From Ophelia neglecta (lineage: Eukaryota): a stretch of 64,000 bases of DNA. Of this stretch, positions 40,027-52,048 are shown one piece after another. Location: positions 43,028,001 to 43,092,000 of the forward strand of contig OZ260663.1 in assembly GCA_965285935.1 (NCBI GenBank), written 5' to 3'. Position numbers and translations under genes: made by a program. The notes below the pieces were generated by a model. That model was given only the letters and a program-made list of their open reading frames with translations. It made no database searches and was not told the origin of the DNA. Each line of letters starts with the position of its first letter. Position 1 is the stretch's first letter.

Positions 40027-41126
40027 AGATTTTAGTCGTTAACGCGGTAACTCAAAAACCATTTCGTACATCTTTTTCAAATTCAACACAGCCATAGACC
40101 TTATTGAGAGGAGGAACTGATTAGATTCTGGTGAAAATCCAATAATTATTAATTAGTAAAAACAATTAATTAATTACGTCAGAAACGCATTTTCTGCAAT
40201 AACACAAAAAATATTCGATACATCTTTTTCTAATTTGACACAGCCATAGACCTTATATAGAGGAAGACCTGTATTTATTCTGGTGAATTTCTGATAACTA
40301 TTAATTAGTTAAAATAATTAATTAATTATGTCAAAAACACATTTTCTATCATATATTCCAAAGTATAGATGATATTGGCTTGAAGTTTTGTGTCATGATT
40401 CATGTAATAACTATATACAATCTGTGTAATAAGTTTACTAGTTAACTTTATTAATTAAAATTAATAAATTAGTTAAGGTGGTTTTACATTATTCTTGAGG
40501 TCATATGGAACCAACTTTTTTAATGACCTGCCTTATTATTGAGGTTATATAGAAGCTACTACTATCTATGTAACAAGTTAACTAGTACTGTGTAATAAGT
40601 TAACTAGTTAACTTTATTAATGACCTGAAAAAAATTTAGTTAAGGCAGTTTTTCATTATTATTTATGTCATATGGAACCTACTACAATGTGTGTAATAAG
40701 TTAACTTTATTAATGACCTGAAAATTTTTAGTTAAGGTCGTTTGCATTATTATTGAGGTCTTATGGAACCTACTAATAAGTTCACTAGTTCACTTTATTA
40801 ATGGCCTGTAAAAAAATTAGTTAGGGTCGTTTTGCATTATTATTGAGGTCATATGACACCAACTTTAAGAAAGACCTGCATTATTATTGAGGTCAAATAG
40901 AACCTACTACAATCTGTGTAATAAGTTAACTAGTACTGTGTAATAAGTTAACTAGTTTCACTTTATTAATGACCTGAACAAAAATTAGTTAAGGTCGTTA
41001 TCTTTTGTGCCAACTAAAAACTACCATATTCACTACCTCGCCTTATGCCATCTTCCCCATTCGATTATTGCACGCATTCGCGGATATACCCCTTGCTGTC
41101 GGCCCCCCGACAGCGTTGGCCTAGTT
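39933..41126 (+). mobile_element. Apparently complete Helentron/Helitron2-type non-autonomous element with (GCC)17 and internal tandem repeats
   Basis: 5' hairpin ATATCCGC-gaaat-GCGGATAT (39938-39958); (GCC)17 at 39974-40024; two 152-bp repeats (40067, 40219); AT-rich ~90-bp subrepeats to ~41000; 3' subterminal GCGGATATA (41080-41088); hairpin GCTGTCGG-cccc-CCGACAGC (41095-41114); CTAGTT end. Confidence 0.85.
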
Positions 41127-42051
41127 ACATTTGAAGTTCTGGTGCCTTTATCTGTGGAAAATATTACATCCGTCCTATCAGAGATCAGCTTCGCTATATC
41201 GGCAGTCATCAATTCCTGGACGAACACATTGAGATAAAGCGGGATGTATATCGCTAGGTATATATGGAAGTCGTCTGATAGGAGGGTGCTACAGGGGTAA
41301 ATATCACCCTTTTTACTCCAACCAAAACCCGTCAGCAAGGCTGGGCTAGGGCTGAGGATCTCTTTTAGGGTTAGGAAAAGGGCCAGGGACAGGTTTATGT
41401 AGGTCTAGTGTTGTGTCTATGGTTTTTCTTCCGCAAGGCTCAGCGCCACCGCTTTTTATTAAAGCCAGAAATTGGAAGAAATTATGACGTCGCCAAGAAG
41501 AGAAGGTCCTTTTTTCGAACCCTTACACCATTGTGTTGCAAAATGGAATGTATTATTATTCAACCGAGAAAGATCAAAACAAGCAAAATTTCCAAGCATA
41601 TCGCTTAAATATAGAATCTAGAGTACAGTCAATCAAATTGGGTAAACAAAATTGCCCCAACAAAACGAAATATTATCAATAATTGCCCGGAAATGCCGGG
41701 GATTTTACCAAGTTGAGAGAGGGGGGTGGAAATGGGGAAACTGCGGGCGTCCTCCGGCGAATGCGGGGGACATGACAGTCGTGGCATGGCCATGCGGAGA
41801 GGAGGATTGCTTCTTGGGATAGATATCTATGAACCTACTGTATATATTAATACGGTCAGCAATGTTGAGAGGACAAACTTAAAGTAGTGTGCATGGACAA
41901 GAATGCTTCGTTTACAGCTGTGACTATACGAAATTATGTTATAAGCTGTGACTATAAGAAAAGAAGGCGGAGAAGCTGACATTTACATACAACTGCACTT
42001 TGATTAGCTGTTTTTCATACAACTTGAAGGTAAATGTAAAATGACTTGCCT

Positions 42052-42205
42052 AGTTCAGTTTGACTTGAGGGTAACTTCAATTTGACTTTGGGGTATCTTC
42101 AGTTTAACTTTAGGGCCACCTTAGTTTGGTTTGGCCTTCGGAGTAACTTCAGTTTGACTTTGGGCAACTTCAGTCTAACTTGGCGGAAACTTCAAATCGA
42201 CTTAA
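42052..42205. repeat. Degenerate ~21-bp tandem repeat, ~7 copies
   Basis: Recurrent AACTTCAGTTTGACTTTGGGG-like units. Confidence 0.75.
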
Positions 42206-45049
42206 CCCAACCCCTGGAGTCCCCGGTCTTGAGAAACCAGTATTTTAATTCCAACGGTCTAGAAATTCTAGTATATTGCGGACCCGATTTCATTACCCCA
42301 GTGTTTTGAGCCTGTGAATGAAATTATCTTTATCGCCGGGATGTGATATCCTCCCCTTTGAAAAAAAATTGCCCCCCCCCCCCCCGACAAAAAAAGTATA
42401 TATACCCAGAAAGTGGTTTTTTAAGGAGTTCAGTCTGCATGAAAGGTAAATTGACACACCATAGCTCATTTTAGCCCGGCATCTCTGAAATAAAACTGCG
42501 GAGGTGTGATTGAATTTGAGTGGCTATTATTCCGTTTCTATGGTAACCCTCGAGTTATTTAAACAAATAATGTTTTATTTTGCATTGTTTATTTTACATT
42601 GTTATTGTACATTGTTTCCTGACGTTGTTTTCTAAGAAAATAATGTTTGAATTAAAACTTAAAGCAATATATTCATGGCGTCAATTATCATGTATGTACT
42701 GTATAGGCTAGTTCCACTGAAATTATCGCCTACTTAGGCTGTGACAGTGAAGCCATTGACTAATGAGGTCACGCATGCGTGGTAAGAGACCATAAGAATT
42801 CATCCATATCCGCTATTTCGGCGGGGTTTATTTTGGAGAGATTGCTTTCGTGACTTAATTTCAGCGATAAGTAAGCAGACACTTTTGTGCGTACAGAATG
42901 ACCAAGCTTATGGACTTCTCGGTCCAATGGCAATCAGCGAGTCTGTCTGTCCATGTTCTCCACACAGGCGTCTCCAGAGCTTGGTTCGAGGCTTTGAGAG
43001 TACACGTTGTCTCCCCCCCCCCCCAATCACCTCCGCAGAAAGAAAGAGCTCCATCTGACGGGTAATTTGGGCACGAAGCCCCCCCCCCCCCGCTACCCCG
43101 GAGGTTTCACGCATATTTCGCTCTCCCAATTAAAGCTCATTTTTTGGGTCTCTATGAGCGAAAGATTTATAAGTTAAATCATCATTTCAATAAGCATCAC
43201 AATGTCTCAGGCGTAAAGGCCCCAGGCATGGGGTAAGAGGCCTCCTGTGTTGGGTAAGAGGTTCCATATCCTATTGATCCATCACGAAGGGAGGGGGAGG
43301 TGCGGCTTTTAAACGAATCAATACCACAATTGTCCAATAACCAAAACTAATGTGTACCTTAGATACCGTGCTAGTACTTTACGTGACACAAATCAGGTTT
43401 TAGGCCTAATCAAAAGTGGAAGCTACTTCGTGTAGCTGAATTGTTTCGGAGTGCGATACGAACTAAGTACACAATATTTACTGAGATAATATGACATTTA
43501 TTATATTACTTGCATAATTAATGAATGTTTAAATTCATCGATCCACCAGCCATAGTCCAAGAAAAAAGGAACCTAAAGATGTTTTTGCTCGCAAATGTTA
43601 CAGCGAACTCTCCATTCTTGTGCCTAGTTGGGATTCCTGTGGTTATAAGAATATGAATATAAATATTATACTGTTTACGCAGTTGTTATATAAGTCTGTA
43701 TATTTTAATGTATATCTCATGGCATTAGAACCTTTCTTAGTGGAGCTGCCCCCTTAAATGGTTTCACTTTGTCTCTTTAGAGGAGGTCGTGGATCATAAC
43801 ATGACCCTGAGGCCCTTGTGGCTCCCCCCCCCCCCCTCCCTCCCCCGTCTACGTCTCTGTGAGCTGCCCATGGAAAGGGATTGACTGGCAATTCAAGGCG
43901 CTCTCAGTCCACTTAGGAAGTGTGAGTACTTTTCGACTTGCAAATTACATCAGTAAAAGTCTACCAAGTCTTCCTGCGATCATAGGTCGACCCTCCAAGG
44001 CTCTTTTTTGTGGTAACAATAACAGCTAGGTGGCTAACGGGGATTTCCAGGGATTAAGGACCTCATTAATTTCGGGAGACGCGTGGGAATTGTTAATATA
44101 ATAAGTTCCCTGCCTCGAACGGTCTGTTTTATCAGACAATAATGTCACTTTGGCGTCGGTCTTAACGCAGCTTTCGGAATAACTTGTCAGGAGCTGAGTG
44201 GCTTGACGAACGGCGAGTGTACTTTGGTTGGACAGTCAGTCGGCTAAATATTTTGGATGCATACATTGACATACATGTAGTTATGGATATTTACTATTTT
44301 GCCATTTAAAAAAATACATTCATATAGTTGATATTCTTGTTTATGGCTCTTATTGATGGTCAAATTAATGTTTGACAGTAAAAACTCTGAAAAGGCCGCC
44401 GGTGTTTTCGGATACATGCCTTGATGTTGAACAAAATATACATGTCTGAAGCAACGGGAAAGGTTTGAACATTGAGGCAAATACCAAATTTGTCCACCTT
44501 GAAATCATCCTTTCCTAGACTTTTACATATATTGTACGAGTAATGGGTTACGTCAACCCTTGCCGTTTTCGTCCCGCTCGGTCCATCACGCTGGGTTGTC
44601 AGCCAATCTAAGGTCGGGTCACCTCGACTATCTCTCAATTCCCTTCGAAACAGACTAATTTAGCATTTTCTATCACGGCCATGCTGAGTTTGCCTACCTT
44701 ACACAAAAAAGTATTCAGATCTAAAACAGGTATTAATTTCTGAAATTGGATGGGTCAAAAAGGAATTTGGGCCCTCAACTCAAATCTTTAAAAGTCGGAT
44801 TTTGGTATTTTGATTGGTGTGAGTGATGTCAAACGGTGCAAACTTCATTATCTATCATCGGTTGTGAACAAGCGATTGATCATCAAACCTAAGGTCGGTT
44901 AGCGCATCTAGTAACAGGCAAGATTTCTACTGGGAACTTATTGCACTTAAATTTAACATCATGGCAAATGTGTACATGTATGTAATGTGCTGTATTGTAA
45001 AATCCCCTATGTCAAATGTTGAATATTGCTCGGTCACTGGAAGCTAGTA

Positions 45050-45622
45050 GTTCAGAATGTATTTTAAACTGTAGTTCAGTTAGAAATATGACATGTATTT
45101 TATTTAATCGTATAGATGACTGTGATCATGATACTGTTGCCATATCAGAAATGTTGCTGAAACCCGGTTTCGTCGACCTGTCTATTAAGTGGTGGTCGGC
45201 GAACTGTACAGCGAGTGTAACGAAACTGGACACGGTGGTGTGGCAATTGTTTCAAAATCTTATTTTCTAGTTCGTAAACAATTCAAACATTGTTTTACGT
45301 CTTTTGAACGTTTAAATTTGATTTAAGTATCAAGCAAATTTCATCAAGGATTAGAACCATTGTAATCTATAGCCCACCTCCATCGCAAAGAATCTGTCAA
45401 GTTTTCCACATTTTTTAGAAGAGTGTTTGAAACCCTTCTAGATCTCTTGTTCCATGGAAACCAAAGTCTCTGATATTGGGAGATTATAATATTTATGTTG
45501 TTAGGTCAAATGATATTTATGTGGCAAGGTTCTTGGATTTGCTCAATACATTTGACCTTAAACGACACATTAAGAGTTAAAACCTGATAAAGGTCATATA
45601 TGAGACCTTATAATAACGAATG
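45050..45622 (+). mobile_element. L2/CR1-group LINE AP-endonuclease fossil
   Basis: LNCSSVRN, DTVAISEMLLKP (AITETWL), VIYSPPPS (IYRPP), GDYNIYV..ARFLDLLNTFDLKRH (GDFN), KGH..DLIIT. Confidence 0.75.
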
Positions 45623-45626
45623 ATGC

Positions 45627-46312
45627 CCATATACGGTGGTGTAGAAAAACGGAAATCAAGTCACAATTGAGTCACCGCAGAAGAAGATATTCAAAAGGAA
45701 TGTGACTGATGTGAAGGTGTTCAATTCACATCAAGAGGAGAACATGGAGGAATAACAAAACACTCCTAATCAAAACACTCTGCCAGCGAATAAGTACACT
45801 GGTGATCGACCAATTAGAGCTAGAAAAGCTCCTGATAGATTTGGTGAATGGGTGTAAGAGCGTAGCCGGATCGCTGTTCTTACACACCTTATTATTATAT
45901 ATATGTTAAATAGTTTGCAATCTGATTACAGTTGATGGACTTCGAATATAAGTAACCTAAAAAGTTAAGAGAAACATTTGACATAATTAGCTATTTGATT
46001 ACTGTTGTGTGAACTTTGATGGAATTTGGATACAAGTCACTAAAAAAAACCTCAAAAGAAACATTTGACACATTTTGATATTGGTTTGTTCAGATGAAAT
46101 AAGCATCGGGTTTATTTGGAGATAAGAAGGGATGTAGTAATCTGTCATACTACTAAATCGAGCAGACCTCCCTGTCTCACTCTGTATAATGGGTAGATCC
46201 CGCTGGGCGGATGTAGATGGTAGTAGTTGAATCTGGACGCTGAATAAAGAGTCATATGTTCATATTTAGTGTCGTGTTTATCGTCTTTAATGCGATATAT
46301 TGGATTATTACA
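45627..46312 (+). mobile_element. Gypsy-type LTR retrotransposon 3' end: integrase C-terminus, PPT and 180-bp 3' LTR
   Basis: PYTVV..NGNQVTIES..IFKRNVTDVK...RPIRARKAPDRFGEWV* (stop ends 45857). Purine tract GAGATAAGAAGGGA lies directly before TGTAGTAATC (46133). The LTR ends GATTATTACA (46312), a 9/10 inverted match, and contains TATAA and AATAAA. Confidence 0.8.
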
Positions 46313-46394
46313 CACGCTGTCGCTATAAGATTGAGTAATGAATAAGGTAGTTCTTAGTTTGTTTGAAAGACAAGAAAAGTGTTTTTTACCATTA

Positions 46395-47300
46395 GTAAAA
46401 TTAACTAACTGAAATAGTAAAATGCTGACAAAGGCATCTAAATGGTCAATTTGCCCTTTATAACTCATTTATAATGAAATAAAAGCTTAACTAATGTTTC
46501 TACAATTATTATTAAAGTTAACTAAATAACCAATTGTAAATAATAAAAGTATCCTTATAAATTACATTTAAAAAAAGTACTATTTTTATGCAGTTATTAA
46601 TAAAGTTAGATAGTAAACGTATTACTTGACTCTTCATAAATCACAACCAAAGTGACAAAGATTGTCGATGGATATAACATGAATCACTATGCAATTTATG
46701 GAGCAAATATCTTGCTTAGTTTCAAAGATATGGTCAAAAGGTTTTTCAACAAAATAATTAAAACATTTTTTATTAAACAATAGTATTAAGTTACCTGGTT
46801 ACCTTATCACATATTATTAATGAAATTAACTAACTGAAATAGTATATTGATGCGAATCTCATGACAAACGCTAATAAATTGTCAAACTGCCCTATATAAC
46901 TCATTAATAAAGAAATGAATGCTTAACTAATTTTTCTATCACTATTAATAAAAGTTAACTAAATAAAGGGAAGGCTATACATTCTAGCTGGTCATCAATA
47001 CTTTCAAAGGTTCCATAGGACCTCAATGATAATGCAAAACTACCTTAACTAATCATTTCTATGTCATCAATAAAGTAATCTAGTTAACTTATTACACAGA
47101 TTGTATCTAGTTAATACGGAAATCATGCCAAAAAACTTCAAGCCGATATCTTCAATACTTTCAAAGATATGATAGAATATGCGTTTTTGACATGATAAAT
47201 TTATTATCTTAACTAATTAATAATTATCCAAAATTCACCAGATATAATCCTTCTTCCTCTCAATAAGGTCTATGGCTGCGTCAATTTTGAAAAAGATGTA
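46395..47300 (-). mobile_element. Diverged, inverted internal fragment of the Helentron-like family at 39933-41126
   Basis: 47009-47300 is the reverse complement of ~40219-40512 (e.g. TAAGGTCTATGGCTG, CTTCAAGCC, TTATTACACAGATTGTA). 46395-46530 and 46820-46965 are direct repeats of related AT-rich subunits. Confidence 0.8.
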
Positions 47301-48139
47301 AGACTTTTCACAAAGCGTGATATTGCATTAGGCATGTCTGTGATGTAGGACACGTATGTATCATCAGGTAAACCGTACGAGCACATGTCTGCCACTAGTT
47401 TAATCTCTCCCTTCTGTCACATTGCTTCCGGCCTTGGATGAATCTGGAGCATGAGACTGGCCCCTGGAAGTCAGTTCATGAACTTCCTCTCAGAAGGCGC
47501 CTGCGGACAGAATTCGATGTGAGCCGAGAGTACACGAAAAAATCGGATGATCGTATATCTCATCAAAGTAGGTCAACACCTTGGAATTCTGATTGACTAC
47601 TCCGACATAGGAAACTATGTCATAAACCCGACTATCCAGACAACACGTTTCCGTCAGAAACGGGATGGGTTAATCATAGAATCCCGCTTTCTACAGAAAC
47701 CGGATTCTGGCATTGAATATTAAACCACTCAGTCATCACGCTAATTTGTCGCACAGTACGTAAATTTCCGATCGTTAAATCAGAAGACAGACACATTGAC
47801 TGGCAAGTGACATGTATCCGCCAAGCAATAAGACACGCTGTTTACCGCCTTTTCAGCACCGTCTTTTACTGCTGACACGTGGTCGAAGATTCTGATCCAC
47901 CCCACCTCCACCCTCCGCCCCCCCCCCCACTCCACTAGAGACATTAAAAAACTATGGACATGATTTTATTCAATATTTTCATGTTATATGAAATTCAGCA
48001 TATAAGGATATTCATATTTTGTTCATAGCAGATCGAATTTGGCGTGATTGAAGCTTTTAAATTGTGTAATATAGTTCATGCTATTTTTTATTAAAAAAGT
48101 TACTCAGCTATGGCTAGCCTATTTCTCGGTTCACATTTT

Positions 48140-48775
48140 ATGGGTAGTTCGATCCAGGCCTTCCTTTGTCACATGACTCAGTCAGTAGTTGTAGATGGTA
48201 CTCGTTTATGCCCCGTTCCAGTGGTCTCAGTCGTACCACAAGGAATGGTACTGGGTCCAGTATTGTTTCTGCGAGAGATCCAGGATCTGCCCACTTCTGT
48301 CAAATCTAAAGTAACGATATTCGCCGAGGACGACATATATTCTATAATTCATAACTCAGTGATAACAAGAGTTCCCAGGATGTTCTAGACAGATAGACAG
48401 CGATGTGGGCAATGAATTTCAGTGCAACCAAGTATTAGATCATGAGGATCAGTGTGTCGCGTCCATCAACGTTAACTTATAATTAGGTCTACTCTCTGAG
48501 CTACCGTGCTCAACAGCAATTCACCTATAGCTAAACCCAGTATCCCTGAGCTCTCCTTTTCCAGACCCATCCGCGAGTATAGCAGTACCGTAAGTGACTC
48601 TCATCTCAAGGCTGATATCAACAACCTAGAGGCAGTATAGGCAAATGCGACAGAGAGGCAGGGCAGTCGAACGCCAAAGTTTAAAGATCTCGAATCGGAG
48701 ACTCAAGCTCTGAGAGAGAAAGAGAAAATTCAGGGTACCCATGTTGTACAAGGTTGTCAATGGATTGGTAGACTC
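48140..48775 (+). mobile_element. CR1-group LINE reverse transcriptase fossil
   Basis: IQAFL..TQSVVVDG..VPVVSVVPQGMVLGPVLFL..IQDLP..VKSKVTIFAEDD (GVPQG / FADD boxes), later DINNLEAV and MLYKVVNGLVD. Confidence 0.88.
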
Positions 48776-49902
48776 CGCAATATTTAAATAAAACGAATGA
48801 AAGCATTGCTAGAACCTCTCGCCCATGTCAGCATAAAGCAGCCATCAAGCTTCCCAGCATGCAGTGCGGTCTCCCGTTTCTCGTTTTAACGGCAAAAATT
48901 GATCTCGTGCATATCCTCTTTTGAAAATGGGCGAATTTGGACCATAGTTCAAGGCTCTTGGTTCATCAATCGACTAATGAACCAGAGTGTGAAGTTGGCA
49001 CCGAGTTCATGGCCCATCATTCAAACAATAACTGCAGTTAGAAATTGGCTCATAGTTCCTGGTTCATAATCCATGTGTGTTGATATCTGAGCTAATCATG
49101 CAACATTTATAAACTTCGACCCCTGAGGGGTCTTGACAAATCTTAGGGGCATGGTATGTTTTTTAGATTTACTTTGAGCAGGACCGTGTTGTTTAGGCGT
49201 TTTAGGTCCCGAGGATCACATGTACAATCCAAATTTTGCAATGCTTCCTTTCCTGTCCATTTTCTAAGTTTTAAAACGTTTAAATGCATTAAGTGTCCTG
49301 GGCGGCAATAAATAATGAACTAGGTGCATGATAATGAATGTGTGAAGCTTTACTATTATTCGATTTAAAAATTGCGCCCTTGGGGGTATTTAAACCTCCC
49401 CGGGGTAGGTACTATGGTCACCACCAAAAGATCATCACTCAGTTAGGGCTGGTAGGCGGTTTGGGACGGAGAAAACATTCGATGGTGTTAAAAAATATTT
49501 GCTGTTAATTAAGGGACTCCTCGAATTTTTACCTGTTTGTTTGTGTCCTTGCGATCCAATTTTGTTCACAGCCATGTACCGTCTCGGAATTTTACTTCAT
49601 TTTTGTCAAGATCAGAGCGCAATCTTGAACATGTAAGACACTCATCGCCCTTGGCCTTCACAGTGGGCAACTTAAGTGACAATATTAATGTCATGCGGTG
49701 ACATTCTTTCTTTCTTCACTTGGTGTCTTGTAAACAAGCTCAATCAACCGCCTTCACCGTGTCGACAGACTTCCTACAGAACTATATACGTCTGAGGAGG
49801 TAGGCACGTAGGCCATATGTATAGGCCCCCTACCCGTTCGGGAAAGACAAACGTAGGCACCATGCATCAATGTTGAGCCTATAATATATATATATATATA
49901 AA

Positions 49903-50050
49903 TTAACCCAGATGTTTAACCTGCTTGTTTAATCAGTCTTTTTAATGTTAAACCCACCTGTTTAATCCACCAGTTTAAAGTTAAACCCACCTGTATAACC
50001 CACAGGTTTAAACCACATGTTAAACCCACCTGTTTAACCCACAGGTTTGA
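49903..50050. repeat. Degenerate ~13-bp tandem repeat (TTAACCCACCTGT-like)
   Basis: About 9-10 imperfect copies. Confidence 0.7.
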
Positions 50051-50779
50051 AAAATGAATCCAAACCAATGTCAGCGATGCAGGGTTCTTTTTCAATTATG
50101 TCACCCACGAAAAATTTAATCGAGCATTTTTATTATAGAAAAACTAAGGTTTAATTGGTTGGATTTCAAACTCACTATATAGTGATAATGTTGCATACCT
50201 GACATAACAGTGTGTGTGTGGGTGCGGGGGTGGGGGTCCAGACAAAATGATCATGATCCCTAAACGCTCCCTTCTTGAACCATGATGGGAACACGATATT
50301 ATGGGGCCAAGCGAGATGCCCCGATTCCATAAGGAGAGGTTTCCGAATAGGGTCACCTATATCTATATTGCGTGAAACTCGTAACCTCGCTGTGTCTGTC
50401 CGGAGTTTTATACCTTGTTATAAGCAGGTACATTTGTCCTGTGGATTTCTAGAGCAGAAACATGTGTTTTGGGCCCACTTTATTCAAGACACAAATTAGC
50501 CCAAATATCTGTCACAGTCTCCTGTCGTAAAAGCAGATTAAATGTAGGAAAATCAGATGTTAAATCCCCGTATTAAAATCCCTAAAGTTATAAGACCGCA
50601 AGAAATCTACCATTTTTTGTTACAACGGGTATGACAATCATGAAAGTCACTACTAAGACGAAAGAGAAATTTGAAGTAGTCGGGTACACAGATTCTCAAA
50701 GCCATTTAAGTAGTGTAAATAATTTAGATCTTTATCTTTATTACTAGTTTAGTTCGTGGAAGAATTTTGTCTAATCTGT

Positions 50780-50920
50780 NNNNNNNNNNNNNNNNNNNNN
50801 NNNNNNNNNNNNNNNNNNNNNNNNNNNNNNNNNNNNNNNNNNNNNNNNNNNNNNNNNNNNNNNNNNNNNNNNNNNNNNNNNNNNNNNNNNNNNNNNNNNN
50901 NNNNNNNNNNNNNNNNNNNN
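50780..50920. other. Assembly gap (141 N)
   Basis: Run of N. Confidence 1.
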
Positions 50921-52048
50921 TCCTTTGATCCTGACATTGTTTGTTATGATATTGCCTTTTACTCCGTGTATCTCTACTTGCATTCATTCATTTGCACTGT
51001 GTCCTAGCTGGCTAACACACTATAAAGAAATTACTGTAACAGAATCGTGTTCCTGTCTAAATTTACTGAGCAATTGTCTGACTTTCAACCTTTTTAGCCG
51101 AACTGAGTAAACATTTACGAATGGTACAGAGAATCCCTCTGTTTACAGGGCTTGCCTTACTTTCAACTTATTTTTGCCTTATTTGGGTTTTTCAGATTGA
51201 GCTTGAAATCGCACCTATGAGCTCCAATTTGGAGCTATTCTTGCATGAATGGGTGTGTTTTTAAGAATGTATCACAAATAAAGCAGAAAATGTTTCATTT
51301 TAAGTAATTTAAAAAAGTAGATACTAAATTAGAGTTCCTTTTAATGAGGGGCGACTAGCAAAAATGTATGCGTTGTGACAACGTCTGAGTACAATTTCTG
51401 CAATATCATAAAAAGAGTTCTAAACCAGCTATAAGCCTTTGCCTATTTTCTTTAGAAGAAACAAAGGAGTATTTGGAACATATTTCAATATTAATTTTGT
51501 TTTACCGTTATATTTTACACGGGCTAGCAGGGGCATTCCCATATAGGCTACATGTAATAGGCCTATCTATATATTGCTGAAATATGAAAATCATATTTCT
51601 TGCGCAATTTATGTCTTTACTTTGAAGCGCGGTGTGTTTGGTTTAACAGTAGAAGTCAATGAATTTTATTTCTAAACTTTAGCGATACTGGCACATTTAT
51701 ACGTTTATTAAGTCATATTCTGTCCACCCTTTGGTGTAAAATATGATGGATTCCAACAGCTGTCGTCCATCGAAAAAAGAGCGTTTCGAACTAACCCTTT
51801 GCAACAATTCCCGAAAAAAGTCTCACGCGCTCCCGGTACCACGTGAGCTCTTTCTGCTGGGTGGGTGAATAAATAGAGCAGACGGTCTGGACAGCCAGAT
51901 AATGAAACACTGCTTCACTGCATCAGAGTTGAAATTTTAAATAATGAAACAAAACAGCAGCCAGGGGTTATACAGAACCCTTATATATATATGAGATAAT
52001 AGCATTTATTGTAATATACAATTGAAAAGCATGTCAACAAGGAGTTGA

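Noticed and set aside
39764-40042. Poly-alanine protein ORF
   Set aside because: The Ala run is the (GCC)n tract of a repeat element and the rest is antisense to a LINE fragment.
47430-47600. Possible Gypsy gag fragment on the - strand (VRRRLLR..ELT)
   Set aside because: Only one short motif, which is not enough to call.
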